Assembly: GCA_965224705.1 (NCBI GenBank)
Contig: OZ245056.1
Span: 2,272,001-2,336,000 of the forward strand
DNA from: Spirochaetaceae bacterium
GTDB lineage: Bacteria; Spirochaetota; Spirochaetia; DSM-2461
Reading direction: 5' to 3'
DNA: 64,000 nt
Positions 10,464-20,512 of the stretch are shown in pieces. The notes beneath the pieces are model-generated. The model ran no database searches and was not told where the DNA came from. It saw only the letters and a list, made by a program, of their open reading frames with translations. The position numbers were made by a program, and so were the translations under genes. Each line of letters opens with the position of its first letter. The stretch's first letter is position 1.

Positions 10464-11732
10464 ATGAGTTTCGCCAGACCAACAACACTTGGAGTGATCG
10501 CCTGTCCCGGAGGAGAAGTCTTTGCAAGAAAAGTTGTCGCTCATCTAAAAACTATCTATAAGAGGCGTTTCGAAAAGAAAGCACGGTTCATATCCAGACT
10601 TTACGATTTGAGCCTGGAAGAAACGATTCGAGAGCTCAATAAGTCTGATGACATGCTCAGTCATCGTGTTGTTTCAGTTGGGGATGATAAAACCTATCGA
10701 AATCCATCCTTTCAAATTCCGTGCAATTTTGTGATGTTTGCCAATGGTGAGATTAAAACTGAGATCTTGAGAAGCGTTCGTGGAATGGATCTCTACATTG
10801 TTCAGGATGTGGCTAACAAACAACTGGTCTGCTATGGAGAGGACAGTCTTTCTGTATCCCTCAATGATCATTTGATGACTCTTTTAACAACGATTGATGC
10901 CGTCAACCAGGCCGGAGCTCGAAGGGTTACCCTGGTTATCCCAGCCTATCCCTACAGCCGCCAGCACAAAAAGAAAGGAAGGGAAGGCCTTACTGCCTCC
11001 ATGCTGGGAAGAATGTATGAGAAGATGGGAGTGGCCCGTATTATAACACTGGATATTCATTCAAAGGAAATCGAACACAGTTTTGAAGAGCTGAATCTTG
11101 AAAATCTTCACGCTTCCTATCAGATTCTCCGAACAACCCTGGCCATTCTCAACCTGATGAATGAAGATGTGGTTGTTGTTTCCCCGGATACCGGTGCCAT
11201 TGACCGAAATAAATTTTTTGCAGATATTCTACACAATCCCCTGGCTCTTCTATATAAGGAAAGGGATTACTCAAAGATTTCATTGAATGCCCTGGAATCA
11301 AATATATCCCGGGCCAGGCTTCTTGGTGATGTTGAGGGGAAAACAGTGTTTATGGCAGATGATATGCTGGGAACTGGTGGAACACTTTTAAAGGCCATGC
11401 GAATAATAAAAGATATGGGAGCCAGGAAGATCCTCTGTGCTGTTTCGCTTCCATTTTTCTCAGGTGATGCTGTGAAGCATTTTGATGATGCCCACAGGAA
11501 GGGCTGTTTCAACTACATCATAGGAACAAATGCTGTCAATCTGTCTGAGGAAGTTCTGGGCAAACCCTGGTACAAATCGGCTGATGTTTCCAACCTGTTT
11601 GCGCGTACTATAAGCCGTGTCCACCATAACCGGTCCGTATCGCCGCTCCTGGATAATCGTCAGATGATTCAGAAAATGCTGGCTGAGAAATCAGGAGTTC
11701 AGAACCAGGATCTTTTTTCCGATTCCCCATGA
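10464..11732 (+). CDS. prs: Ribose-phosphate pyrophosphokinase (long spirochaete type)
   Basis: FANGE, YPYSRQ, LDIHS, VSPDTGA and DDMLGTGGT motifs; ATG 10464 after GGAG. Confidence 0.92.
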   Translation: MSFARPTTLGVIACPGGEVFARKVVAHLKTIYKRRFEKKARFISRLYDLSLEETIRELNKSDDMLSHRVVSVGDDKTYRNPSFQIPCNFVMFANGEIKTEILRSVRGMDLYIVQDVANKQLVCYGEDSLSVSLNDHLMTLLTTIDAVNQAGARRVTLVIPAYPYSRQHKKKGREGLTASMLGRMYEKMGVARIITLDIHSKEIEHSFEELNLENLHASYQILRTTLAILNLMNEDVVVVSPDTGAIDRNKFFADILHNPLALLYKERDYSKISLNALESNISRARLLGDVEGKTVFMADDMLGTGGTLLKAMRIIKDMGARKILCAVSLPFFSGDAVKHFDDAHRKGCFNYIIGTNAVNLSEEVLGKPWYKSADVSNLFARTISRVHHNRSVSPLLDNRQMIQKMLAEKSGVQNQDLFSDSP

Positions 11733-13108
11733 TTTTTGCAGCCGACCTTGGAACAAGTTCCCTCAAAGCAGGACTGCTTTCCCTTGAGGGCCGGCTTGAA
11801 CACCATGTCCGGATTCCCTATCCGAATCCCACCGGCCTCAATCATATGGAATTCAATCCCCTGCAATGGGAATGGGCATTCCACAAAGCACTCAGGGACT
11901 TCCCTCCAGTGAAAATCACAGCTATTTCCCTCAGCGGCAATGGCCCGACACTGGTTCCCTGTGACGAAGCTGGCAAACCGCTCACTCCGGCATTATTGTG
12001 GCTTCAGGACAAGAATTTGCGAATTGAGGGTCAGGATTCGTACTACCTGCCCGAAGCCGCCTGGTTTAAGGCTGACAGTTCCGAAGAGATCTGGAAGAAA
12101 ACCAGGTGGTTTTTTTCTCCTCCGGAATGGCTGCAGTTCCGCCTTACCGGCAAGCCGACAAAAACCATCCCCCATGATTCATTTAAACGCTTTGTCTGGG
12201 ATTCCAGGCAGATTTCGACCTACAGCGTCGACCCCCGTCTTTTTCCAGAGCTTGTGTACATGGGAACCAATGCTGGTACAATCACAGAAGAAGCCGGTTC
12301 TCGATCAGGATTAGCTGAAGGAACAGTGGTTGCTGCAGCAGGTTCGGATTTCATGTCGGCTCTGCTGGGATCCGGGACGGTGGAAGTCGGCAGAGTGTGT
12401 GACAGGGCCGGAACAAGCGAAGGTATTAATTACTGTTCACCAGTCCCTTCCAATGATTCCAGGCTTCGGGATTTACCTCATCTGGTTGAAGGTTTATGGA
12501 ATTCGGCCGCAATCCTGTCTTCCACCGGTCTGGTGTTTGAATGGTACCGCCACCTTACAGGTCAGAAAAACAGGCCTTATGAGGACACTCTTGCTGAAGT
12601 TGACAGGGTACCGCCCGGACGGGACTCTCCACTTTTTTTCCCAGGGCATCAAGGGGGAACACTCTGGGCATTTGATGGAGGCAGTTTTCACCGTCTGCAG
12701 CCAGGACATGGTTTTGCAGAAATGGGCCGGGCTGTTATGGAGGCTATTGGCTATGGGGTACGTCGTGGTATAGAATATCTGGAAGATGCAGGGATGAAAG
12801 TTGAGGAACTGCGTGTGACTGGTGGACAGGCACGCGGTGATGTCTGGAATCAGATGAAGGCGGATATAACCGGGCGCCGTCTCCTTATTCCAATGATAGA
12901 AGATGCGGAACTGGCAGGTTGTGCCGCCTGTGCACTGGTTGCCCTGGGTCTGGCTGACAATCTGATGGAAGGAGCGGACCGATTTGTGAGAATTAAAAAA
13001 GTTGTGGAACCTCGAATGGAAGTTTCCCGGCTTTACGAACACTCCTTTTCCCGCTACCAGGAGGCTTCAAAGGAACTTCTTATAAGATCAACTGAATCAC
13101 TGACTTGA
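11729..13108 (+). CDS. FGGY-family carbohydrate kinase (xylulokinase-like)
   Basis: DLGTSSLK, AGTS and TGGQAR..WNQMKAD motifs. Confidence 0.85.
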   Translation: MIFAADLGTSSLKAGLLSLEGRLEHHVRIPYPNPTGLNHMEFNPLQWEWAFHKALRDFPPVKITAISLSGNGPTLVPCDEAGKPLTPALLWLQDKNLRIEGQDSYYLPEAAWFKADSSEEIWKKTRWFFSPPEWLQFRLTGKPTKTIPHDSFKRFVWDSRQISTYSVDPRLFPELVYMGTNAGTITEEAGSRSGLAEGTVVAAAGSDFMSALLGSGTVEVGRVCDRAGTSEGINYCSPVPSNDSRLRDLPHLVEGLWNSAAILSSTGLVFEWYRHLTGQKNRPYEDTLAEVDRVPPGRDSPLFFPGHQGGTLWAFDGGSFHRLQPGHGFAEMGRAVMEAIGYGVRRGIEYLEDAGMKVEELRVTGGQARGDVWNQMKADITGRRLLIPMIEDAELAGCAACALVALGLADNLMEGADRFVRIKKVVEPRMEVSRLYEHSFSRYQEASKELLIRSTESLT

Positions 13109-13133
13109 CATGATTTCAGTTAGCAGATATCAT
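13105..13133 (+). promoter_or_regulatory. sigma70 promoter for the tRNA-Thr/rpmG/secE/nusG cluster
   Basis: TTGACA-N17-TATCAT, 14 nt upstream of the tRNA. Confidence 0.75.
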
Positions 13134-13147
13134 CAGCTCCGCTTGTT

Positions 13148-13220
13148 GCCTCTGTAGCTCAGTTGGTAGAGCACAGCCATGGTAAGGCTGGGGTCATCGG
13201 TTCAAGTCCGATCGGAGGCT
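13148..13220 (+). tRNA. tRNA-Thr(GGT)
   Basis: Cloverleaf: acceptor GCCTCTG/CGGAGGC, anticodon arm CAGCC-ATGGTAA-GGCTG, GGTTCAAGTCC T-arm; CCA not encoded. Confidence 0.95.
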
Positions 13221-13274
13221 GTTCCATCTCTCCAACCTTTTGGAAGGCAGGAATCATTGTAAACGGGGGCTGAT

Positions 13275-13451
13275 ATGGCAAAAACGAAAAAAGGTGCAGT
13301 GGAAAAAATAGCCCTGCAGTGTACTGTGTGCAAGCGCAGAAATTACACGACTTTTAAGAATCGTCGAAATATCCAGGGAAAGTTGGAGTTCAATAAATTC
13401 TGCAAGTGGGAAAGAAAGATGACTCTTCACAAGGAAACTAAAATAAAATAA
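13275..13451 (+). CDS. rpmG: 50S ribosomal protein L33
   Basis: Not in the track. [58 protein letters not shown]; conserved position before tRNA-Trp-secE. Confidence 0.95.
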   Translation: MAKTKKGAVEKIALQCTVCKRRNYTTFKNRRNIQGKLEFNKFCKWERKMTLHKETKIK

Positions 13452-13480
13452 TCCTTCTGCCATGGTTTTGATTATATTCC

Positions 13481-13553
13481 AGGCCAGTAGCTCCAACGGC
13501 AGAGCGCCGGTCTCCAAAACCGGATGTTGCAGGTTCGAATCCTGCCTGGCCTG
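13481..13553 (+). tRNA. tRNA-Trp(CCA)
   Basis: AGGCCAG/CTGGCCT acceptor, CCGGT-CTCCAAA-ACCGG anticodon arm, GGTTCGAATCC. Confidence 0.95.
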
Positions 13554-13576
13554 TAGGACATTGGAAAGGTAAGCAT

Positions 13577-13765
13577 ATGAGAAAAATTAAAATATTTATC
13601 ATGGAAAGCTACGGGGAGCTTAAAAAAGTAGTATGGCCCAGCAGGGATTCGGTTAGAGCTTCGGCCAAAGTTGTTATAGTTTCCACAATCATTTTTGCCC
13701 TCTTCTTCGGGCTGATAGACTTCCTGTTATCACAGGGGCTCCTGGGTCTCTTCAGTGTTTTGTAG
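13577..13765 (+). CDS. secE: Preprotein translocase subunit SecE
   Basis: ELKKVVWP motif followed by a TM helix; synteny. Confidence 0.93.
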   Translation: MRKIKIFIMESYGELKKVVWPSRDSVRASAKVVIVSTIIFALFFGLIDFLLSQGLLGLFSVL

Positions 13766-13779
13766 AACAGGAACGTAAT

Positions 13780-14334
13780 ATGGCACAGGGTTGGTTTGTT
13801 CTCCAGACTTTGACTGGAGTCGAAAGTAAGGTGGAGAAATTTCTGCGCATTATGGTAGAAGATGGTACACTCAAAGAGTTTGTTACGGATGTCAAAGTTC
13901 CCTCTGAAGAAGTTGTGGAGATGCGGAATGGGAAGAAACGTACAATCAGCCGAAAATTTCTACCAGGGTACATTCTCGTGGAGATGAACCTGCCTGAACG
14001 AGGCTGGAAAATACCCTGCGGCACGATTCGCAGAATACAGGGTGTAACGGGTTTTGTCGGTACCGGTAAAAATGCCAGACCACAGCCGATTTCTTCTGAT
14101 GAAGCCAAGAGTATTCTGCAGAAAACAGGGGAAATAAGAACGGAGCGGAGGATTCACTCAAAACAGGAATTCCATGTTGGTGAGGAAGTGCAGATTACTG
14201 CCGGTCCTTTTGAATCATTCAAGGGTACAGTCGAAGTTGTCAACCAGGAAAAAGGTAAGCTTCGTGTTATGGTGGGGATCTTTGGACGGTCAACACCTGT
14301 GGAAGTCAGTTTTTCTCAGGCAGTTCGGCTATAA
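13780..14334 (+). CDS. nusG: Transcription termination/antitermination factor NusG
   Basis: KFLPGYILVEM, GVTGFVG and KOW (GPFESFKG, IFGRSTPVE) motifs. Confidence 0.97.
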   Translation: MAQGWFVLQTLTGVESKVEKFLRIMVEDGTLKEFVTDVKVPSEEVVEMRNGKKRTISRKFLPGYILVEMNLPERGWKIPCGTIRRIQGVTGFVGTGKNARPQPISSDEAKSILQKTGEIRTERRIHSKQEFHVGEEVQITAGPFESFKGTVEVVNQEKGKLRVMVGIFGRSTPVEVSFSQAVRL

Positions 14335-14342
14335 TAATGCAG

Positions 14343-14495
14343 GATCTGTGTCAGAATGAAGTATTGGTCAGGGAAAGGAAGGGTCCGGCTGACCGGGCAA
14401 TTCACTCCGTCAGTACTCAGGTAATGAATTAAGACGATTGCTGACACAGCATCAGTAGTTGGGAGTTGTTGTTTGTTCGGCAACGTTTGTACCAC
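14343..14495 (+). promoter_or_regulatory. Structured rplK leader: three-way junction followed by a putative L1-binding site
   Basis: CTGTGTCAG/CTGACACAG closing stem with two inner hairpins; GGGAG...ACCAC just before the rplK SD. Confidence 0.5.
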
Positions 14496-14509
14496 GATGG
14501 AGGCCAAGT

Positions 14510-14941
14510 ATGGCAAAGAAAAAAGTTACAGCGCTAATCAAATTACAGGTTCCCGCTGGTAAGGCGACCCCTGCTCCCCCTGTTGGGCCGGCTCTGGGTC
14601 CTCATGGGGTGAGTGCTCCCCAATTTGTACAGCAGTTCAATGACAGAACAAAGGGATATGAGCCAGGGCTTACGATTCCTGTCGTTATTTCAGTCTATCA
14701 TGATAAGAGTTTTTCCTTTGAAATGAAGACTCCACCAGCGGCCGTGCTGATCAAGAAGGCCATTGGCATTGAAAAAGGTTCTGCCGAGCCAAACAGAGAT
14801 AAAGTTGGGAAGATTACAAGGGATCAGGTTAAAGCAATTGCTGAAACGAAGATGCAGGATCTCAATGCCAATGACATCGATGCGGCAATCAGTATAATTT
14901 CCGGTACAGCCCGAAGTATGGGTGTCGTGGTGGAAGGCTGA
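14510..14941 (+). CDS. rplK: 50S ribosomal protein L11
   Basis: [12 protein letters not shown] motif; ATG 14510 after GGAGG. Confidence 0.97.
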   Translation: MAKKKVTALIKLQVPAGKATPAPPVGPALGPHGVSAPQFVQQFNDRTKGYEPGLTIPVVISVYHDKSFSFEMKTPPAAVLIKKAIGIEKGSAEPNRDKVGKITRDQVKAIAETKMQDLNANDIDAAISIISGTARSMGVVVEG

Positions 14942-14943
14942 CT

Positions 14944-15630
14944 ATGAAGCATGGCAGGAACTACAAAGAGGCCTTGAAGAAGGTCGATGTTGAAAAAAAC
15001 TATGGCCTTGATGAAGGCATTAAGCTTGTGAAGAGCATGGCCTGTGCGAATTTTGATGAAACTATTGAAGTTGCAGTCAATCTGAGACTGAAAAAAAGCC
15101 AATCAGTCAGAGATACCTTTGTACTGCCGAATCAGTTTGCCGAAGGAAAGCGAATACTGGTGTTTGCTAAAGGTGAAAAAGCTCGGGAAGCGGAAGAGGC
15201 CGGTGCAGCCTTTGTTGGTGCCGACGATCTGGTGGCGAAGATCAAAGATGGCTGGATGGAGTTTGATGTTTGTGTCGCAACGCCGGATATGATGAAGGAA
15301 GTCGGTAAGTTGGGACCGATACTGGGCCGCCGCGGGATGATGCCGAATCCTAAAACCAGAACAGTTACCATGGATATTGAAGGGGCTATTGCTGAATTGA
15401 ATCAGGGACGAATTGAATATCGTGCCGATAAGGGTGGTGTTGTTCACCTCGCAGTGGGCAAAGTGTCGATGGATTCGGCTCTTCTCAGAGAGAATGTTCG
15501 TGCCCTGCTGGTTGAATTGGATAAGAAGCGCCTTCCAGATATAAAAGGGGATTTCATCAAGTCCGCAAGCCTTGCTTCGACAATGAGTCCAGGGATAAGA
15601 ATACAGGTTCAGGAGCAGATGGGATCATGA
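14944..15630 (+). CDS. rplA: 50S ribosomal protein L1
   Basis: FDETIE and [11 protein letters not shown] motifs. Confidence 0.97.
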   Translation: MKHGRNYKEALKKVDVEKNYGLDEGIKLVKSMACANFDETIEVAVNLRLKKSQSVRDTFVLPNQFAEGKRILVFAKGEKAREAEEAGAAFVGADDLVAKIKDGWMEFDVCVATPDMMKEVGKLGPILGRRGMMPNPKTRTVTMDIEGAIAELNQGRIEYRADKGGVVHLAVGKVSMDSALLRENVRALLVELDKKRLPDIKGDFIKSASLASTMSPGIRIQVQEQMGS

Positions 15631-16160
15631 AGGGAAATAAAGTCCAGCAGTATAAAATAGAAGCCGTTGACAAACTGAAAGAGGACATTGAAAAATCAGA
15701 GAGTTTTCTTTTTGCCAATTACCGGGGTCTAACAGCAGTACAGGCAGCTCAGCTGCGAAGCGTGCTGCGTGAATCCGGGGCCGAGTTTCACATTGTTAAA
15801 AACAGGTTTGCGATAATAGCATTTTCGCAATTGAATCACAAGAATCTGGAACCATATTTTTCCGGCCCCACTGCCATCGCTTATTGTGGAAATGATGCAG
15901 GACCGATTGCCAAAGCCATGTTGAAACTTGCAAAGGAAATGCCGATCGAATTGAAAGGAGGTATGGTTGAGGGGAAGGTTTATGATTCAAAAGGAGTTGA
16001 AAACCTGAGTAAACTGCCATCCAGAATGGATCTCATTCAAATGCTTATGGGAGCCATGCTTGCCCCTTTGAACAATGCTGTTTATGCGCTTAATGGTGTT
16101 AATGGCAAACTGGTACGGACTCTGGACGCAGTTCGGGAGAAAAAAGAAGGGGGGGAATGA
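15627..16160 (+). CDS. rplJ: 50S ribosomal protein L10
   Basis: YRGLT, VKN and LSKLPS motifs; ATGA overlap with rplA. Confidence 0.95.
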   Translation: MKGNKVQQYKIEAVDKLKEDIEKSESFLFANYRGLTAVQAAQLRSVLRESGAEFHIVKNRFAIIAFSQLNHKNLEPYFSGPTAIAYCGNDAGPIAKAMLKLAKEMPIELKGGMVEGKVYDSKGVENLSKLPSRMDLIQMLMGAMLAPLNNAVYALNGVNGKLVRTLDAVREKKEGGE

Positions 16161-16378
16161 ATACAGGCTGCAGGCCTTGCGGGCAGTGCAGCCCTGAATC
16201 AGTAGAAATGATTGTTGGGCAGGGGAATGCGGCCCAACTTTGTTTATGAAGGATTGTCGGTCTTCTGAATGCCGATGATGGGAAATGGAGAATAATCGGT
16301 TTCAGTCTTTGCGGGCATCAATGAGATGCCAGAAGAGGTTGTCTGCTGTAACCGGGTTTTATAGAAGGAGAAGATAAT

Positions 16379-16756
16379 ATGACTACCGAAGAAGTTTTAA
16401 ATGCTATTGCCGGCATGACTGTTCTTGAAGTTTCGGAACTGGTAAAAGCCATGGAGGAGAAATTTGGAGTTACTGCCGCAGCTCCAGTTGCTGTCGCTGC
16501 GGGTCCTGCTGCGGCAGCGGATGAGGATGGAACGGAAGAACAGACAGAATTCAATGTTGTTCTCACAGGTTTTGGTGAAGGGAAGAAAATTGGGGTTATC
16601 AAAGAAGTACGATCTATAACCGGTCTGGGACTTAAAGAGGCCAAGGAGCTTGTTGAGGGCGGTGAAGGCATCGTCAAAGAGGGTGTCTCAAAAGATGAGG
16701 CTAATACCGTCAAGGGCAAGCTGGAAGCAGCCGGAGCTGTTGTTGAGGTTAAGTAA
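16379..16756 (+). CDS. rplL: 50S ribosomal protein L7/L12
   Basis: [11 protein letters not shown] and [13 protein letters not shown] motifs. Confidence 0.98.
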   Translation: MTTEEVLNAIAGMTVLEVSELVKAMEEKFGVTAAAPVAVAAGPAAAADEDGTEEQTEFNVVLTGFGEGKKIGVIKEVRSITGLGLKEAKELVEGGEGIVKEGVSKDEANTVKGKLEAAGAVVEVK

Positions 16757-17011
16757 CAGCAGGGTTATTACAATTCTATGAGGGTTCCTCCTGGATGCAC
16801 TCTTTTCGGTCCCGGCCTGGTTTTTCAATCGCTGCGGCTTAACAATATGCTTATGCAGTTCATCTGTACTTTGATTTTGCCGCTTCGCGATGAAGAAAAA
16901 TCTCTCAGCCGGGTTCTGAAAACAGTTTTTAGAGGTACCCATGATTAATTACTCATTGATTCACCGGGGTTAAAAAACCTCCGGTGATTTCGTGTTAGAG
17001 GGGATAACAGC

Positions 17012-20000
17012 ATGTTCGAAAGAACTGGAAATGATAGCCGTACATTCATTGGACTGGAGTACGATGATGTCATTGAGCTTCCGGATTTAATAGATGTTCA
17101 AATATCATCGTATGAAAACTTCCTTCAGAAGAAAGTCATGGATTCTGGAGGTGAAGTGCGCTGTCAGGGATTGGAAGAGGTCTTTCAAAGTGTCTTTCCC
17201 ATTGAGAGTTCAAATGGTGAATTAGTGCTTGAGTACAGTCACTACCTGTTTGGATCAAGCACCATTCGGCTGACTGAAACAGAGTGCAGGCATAAGGGTT
17301 TGACTTACAGTGTGCCCATAAAGGCCCAGGTGAACCTTGTATTTCAATCCACTGGCGAGATTCGTCAAAAAGACATTTATATTGGTGACTTGCCCCTGAT
17401 GACGGACAGGGGAACTTTCATCATCAATGGTGCGGAGCGAGTTGTTGTCAGTCAGATCCATCGTTCTCCAGGCGTGATATTCTCCGAAGAGAATGGTGTT
17501 TTCAGTTCCCGCATTATTCCCTATCGGGGATCGTGGCTGGAATTTGAGATTGACAGCCGGAAGGAACTTATCTTCGCCAAGATTGATCGCAAAAAGAAGA
17601 TACTTGGCACGGTCTTTTTACGGGCCCTGGGTTTTGACTCACGAGAAAAAATCATTGACCTCTTCTATCAGAAAAAAACTGTCAGACTTTCTTCCAGAAG
17701 AGAGAAGAACGATCGTTTGGTTGGAGCAATTCTTGCGGAACCTGTCTGGATATCTTTGGAGGATGGTGAGAAGAAAAAACTGTACCGGGCCGCTGAGCTT
17801 CTGCATCATCATGAAATTGATGAATTATTGCAGGCTGGCGTCAAGTCAGTGTCAGTCGTTGATCTGGATCATGAGGATTCCCTGCATTCTGATATGATTC
17901 TCTCGTGTTTCAGTAGGGAAGAAGCCCGTTTCAACAAGGATGACCCCGGTCAGGATGAACTCACCAGGGAAGAGGCACTTTCAGCCGTTTACAAGGTTCT
18001 AATGCCTGGAGAACCCATTACGGTGGAGGCAGCAGAGAAAGATCTTAATACAATGTTTTTTTCCCTCCGCCGATACAGTCTGGGACGTGTCGGCCGATAC
18101 AAGCTGAACAAGAAATTCGATCAGGATGAGAATATTGATGACCTGGTTCTTAACAGTACGGACATGGTCCTGACAATGAAATATCTCATCAGTACGTACA
18201 TCGGTGAGAAACAGGCAGACGACATCGATCATCTGGGCAATCGGCGTGTCCGTTCTGTTGGAGAACTGCTTGTCAATACATTGAAAACCGCATTCAGCCG
18301 AATGGAACGTATTGCCAGGGAGAGAATGAGCCTGAAAGAAACGGAAACTCTTAAGCCGCAGGATCTGGTTTCCATAAAACCTGTGGTTGCGGCCATAAAG
18401 GAGTTTTTTGGTTCCAGTCAGCTATCTCAGTTCATGGATCAGGTGAATCCTCTTGCTGAACTTACCCACAAACGGCGGTTGAATGCTCTGGGTCCTGGAG
18501 GCCTTTCTCGAGACAGGGCTGGTTTTGAGGTTCGGGATGTACACTACAGTCATTATGGGCGAATGTGTCCCATAGAAACTCCGGAAGGACCCAATATAGG
18601 TCTCATCGTTTCATTGGCAAACTACACCCGAATCAATGACTATGGTTTCCTGGAAACCCCATACCGCCGGGTCGTAAACGGCAGAACAACCCGGGAAGTG
18701 GAATATCTTTCAGCCATAGATGAGGAGAAGTTCTTCATAGCCCAGGCCAGTGCCGTCATCGATAAAAATGGTGACTTCAAGGAGAAAATGGTTGCTGTTC
18801 GCCGTAATGGAGATTATACCTTCAAGGAACCCGGGGAAATCTCGTACATGGATGTTTCCCCCCGTCAGATAATATCCACAGCCGCTTCCCTGATACCATT
18901 TCTTGAACATGATGATGCAAACCGGGCGCTGATGGGCTGTAATATGCAGAGGCAGGCGGTCCCCCTCCTGTTTCCTGAAGCTCCCATCGTTGGGACCGGT
19001 ATGGAAGGAAAGGCGGCCTATGATTCCGGAGTTCTGGTTAAAGCCCTGGCTCCCGGTACTGTTACCTATATCTCATCAACCTGCATAAAGATCCAGAGAA
19101 ACGACGGCAGCATTGATGATTACTCTCTGATCAAATATCAGCGGACAAACCAGGATACATGTTTTAACCAGCGGCCGATTATCAGTGTTGGAGATACTGT
19201 GCGGGCAGGCGAAATCCTGGCCGATGGGCCTTCAACTCACAATGGAGAGCTGGCACTGGGCCGCAACCTTCTTGTTGGGTTCATCCCATGGTACGGGTAC
19301 AATTTTGAAGATGCCATTCTTATTTCAGAGAGAGTGGTGAAGGAAGATTATTACACATCCATTCACATAAAAGAGTTTATCGCGGAAGTTCGAGAGACAA
19401 AACTTGGGCCGGAGAAGCTTACCAGGGATATCCCCAACATGGCGGAGAAATCTGTGGAGTCATTAGATGAAGAGGGCATTGTTCGAATTGGTGCGACAGT
19501 GAAGTCAGGGTCCATCCTCGTCGGAAAAGTTACTCCAAAGAGTGAAACCGAAACGACTCCCGAATTCCGTTTGCTTAATTCAATTTTTGGTGAAAAAGCT
19601 CGGGAAGTGAGGGATACATCACTGAGATTGCCTCATGGCGCAGGCGGTACCGTCCTCAATGTTCAGCGGTTAAGAAGAAGTGAAGGGGATAATCTTAATC
19701 CCGGTGTTGATGAGATGGTCAAAGTTCTGATTGTGACCAAGCACAAACTGAAAGAGGGCGATAAAATGGCCGGCCGCCATGGTAATAAAGGCGTTGTAGC
19801 CAAGGTTCTCCCCGAGGAGGACATGCCCTACACAGGTGACGGTACACCACTGGATATCTGCCTTAATCCCCTTGGTGTTCCTTCCAGGATGAATATTGGG
19901 CAGATTATGGAGACGATGCTGGGAATGGCAGGGGCTCAGCTTGGTAAAATGTATGAAACACCTGTTTTTCAATCTTCCTCAACATCTGAAATATCAAGTG

Positions 20001-20503
20001 AGCTTGAGAAAGCAGGCCTGCACAATGCTTCAAAGGCCACTCTGTATGATGGTCTGACTGGAGAGCCCTTTCTTAATCAGGTTTTTGTCGGATACATGTA
20101 TTTTCTTAAACTTCACCATCTGGTGGATGATAAAATGCATGCGCGATCGACAGGCCCTTATTCACTGGTTACGCAGCAGCCCCTGGGCGGTAAGGCTCAA
20201 TTTGGCGGCCAGAGGATGGGTGAGATGGAAGTGTGGGCACTTGAAGCTTACGGGGCTGCAAACACGCTTCAGGAACTGATGACGATTAAGTCCGATGATA
20301 TGACTGGTCGGGCAAAAATATATGAAAGCATAGTGAAGGGATCACCGACAACAACGGTTGGAATCCCGGAATCCTTCAATGTTCTAGTGCAGGAACTCAG
20401 GGGTTTAGCTCTGGATATACGCATTTCCGATTCAAAAGGTAAACAATTGCCATTTACTGAGAGAGATGAAGAATTGCTGAATAGCCAGGGAGGACGGTTC
20501 TAG
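17012..20503 (+). CDS. rpoB: DNA-directed RNA polymerase subunit beta
   Basis: [21 protein letters not shown] and GGQRMGEME motifs. Confidence 0.99.
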   Translation: MFERTGNDSRTFIGLEYDDVIELPDLIDVQISSYENFLQKKVMDSGGEVRCQGLEEVFQSVFPIESSNGELVLEYSHYLFGSSTIRLTETECRHKGLTYSVPIKAQVNLVFQSTGEIRQKDIYIGDLPLMTDRGTFIINGAERVVVSQIHRSPGVIFSEENGVFSSRIIPYRGSWLEFEIDSRKELIFAKIDRKKKILGTVFLRALGFDSREKIIDLFYQKKTVRLSSRREKNDRLVGAILAEPVWISLEDGEKKKLYRAAELLHHHEIDELLQAGVKSVSVVDLDHEDSLHSDMILSCFSREEARFNKDDPGQDELTREEALSAVYKVLMPGEPITVEAAEKDLNTMFFSLRRYSLGRVGRYKLNKKFDQDENIDDLVLNSTDMVLTMKYLISTYIGEKQADDIDHLGNRRVRSVGELLVNTLKTAFSRMERIARERMSLKETETLKPQDLVSIKPVVAAIKEFFGSSQLSQFMDQVNPLAELTHKRRLNALGPGGLSRDRAGFEVRDVHYSHYGRMCPIETPEGPNIGLIVSLANYTRINDYGFLETPYRRVVNGRTTREVEYLSAIDEEKFFIAQASAVIDKNGDFKEKMVAVRRNGDYTFKEPGEISYMDVSPRQIISTAASLIPFLEHDDANRALMGCNMQRQAVPLLFPEAPIVGTGMEGKAAYDSGVLVKALAPGTVTYISSTCIKIQRNDGSIDDYSLIKYQRTNQDTCFNQRPIISVGDTVRAGEILADGPSTHNGELALGRNLLVGFIPWYGYNFEDAILISERVVKEDYYTSIHIKEFIAEVRETKLGPEKLTRDIPNMAEKSVESLDEEGIVRIGATVKSGSILVGKVTPKSETETTPEFRLLNSIFGEKAREVRDTSLRLPHGAGGTVLNVQRLRRSEGDNLNPGVDEMVKVLIVTKHKLKEGDKMAGRHGNKGVVAKVLPEEDMPYTGDGTPLDICLNPLGVPSRMNIGQIMETMLGMAGAQLGKMYETPVFQSSSTSEISSELEKAGLHNASKATLYDGLTGEPFLNQVFVGYMYFLKLHHLVDDKMHARSTGPYSLVTQQPLGGKAQFGGQRMGEMEVWALEAYGAANTLQELMTIKSDDMTGRAKIYESIVKGSPTTTVGIPESFNVLVQELRGLALDIRISDSKGKQLPFTERDEELLNSQGGRF

Positions 20504-20512
20504 GAGGAATTG

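Noticed and set aside
13254..13517. 87-aa minus-strand ORF
   Set aside because: Antisense to rpmG and tRNA-Trp.
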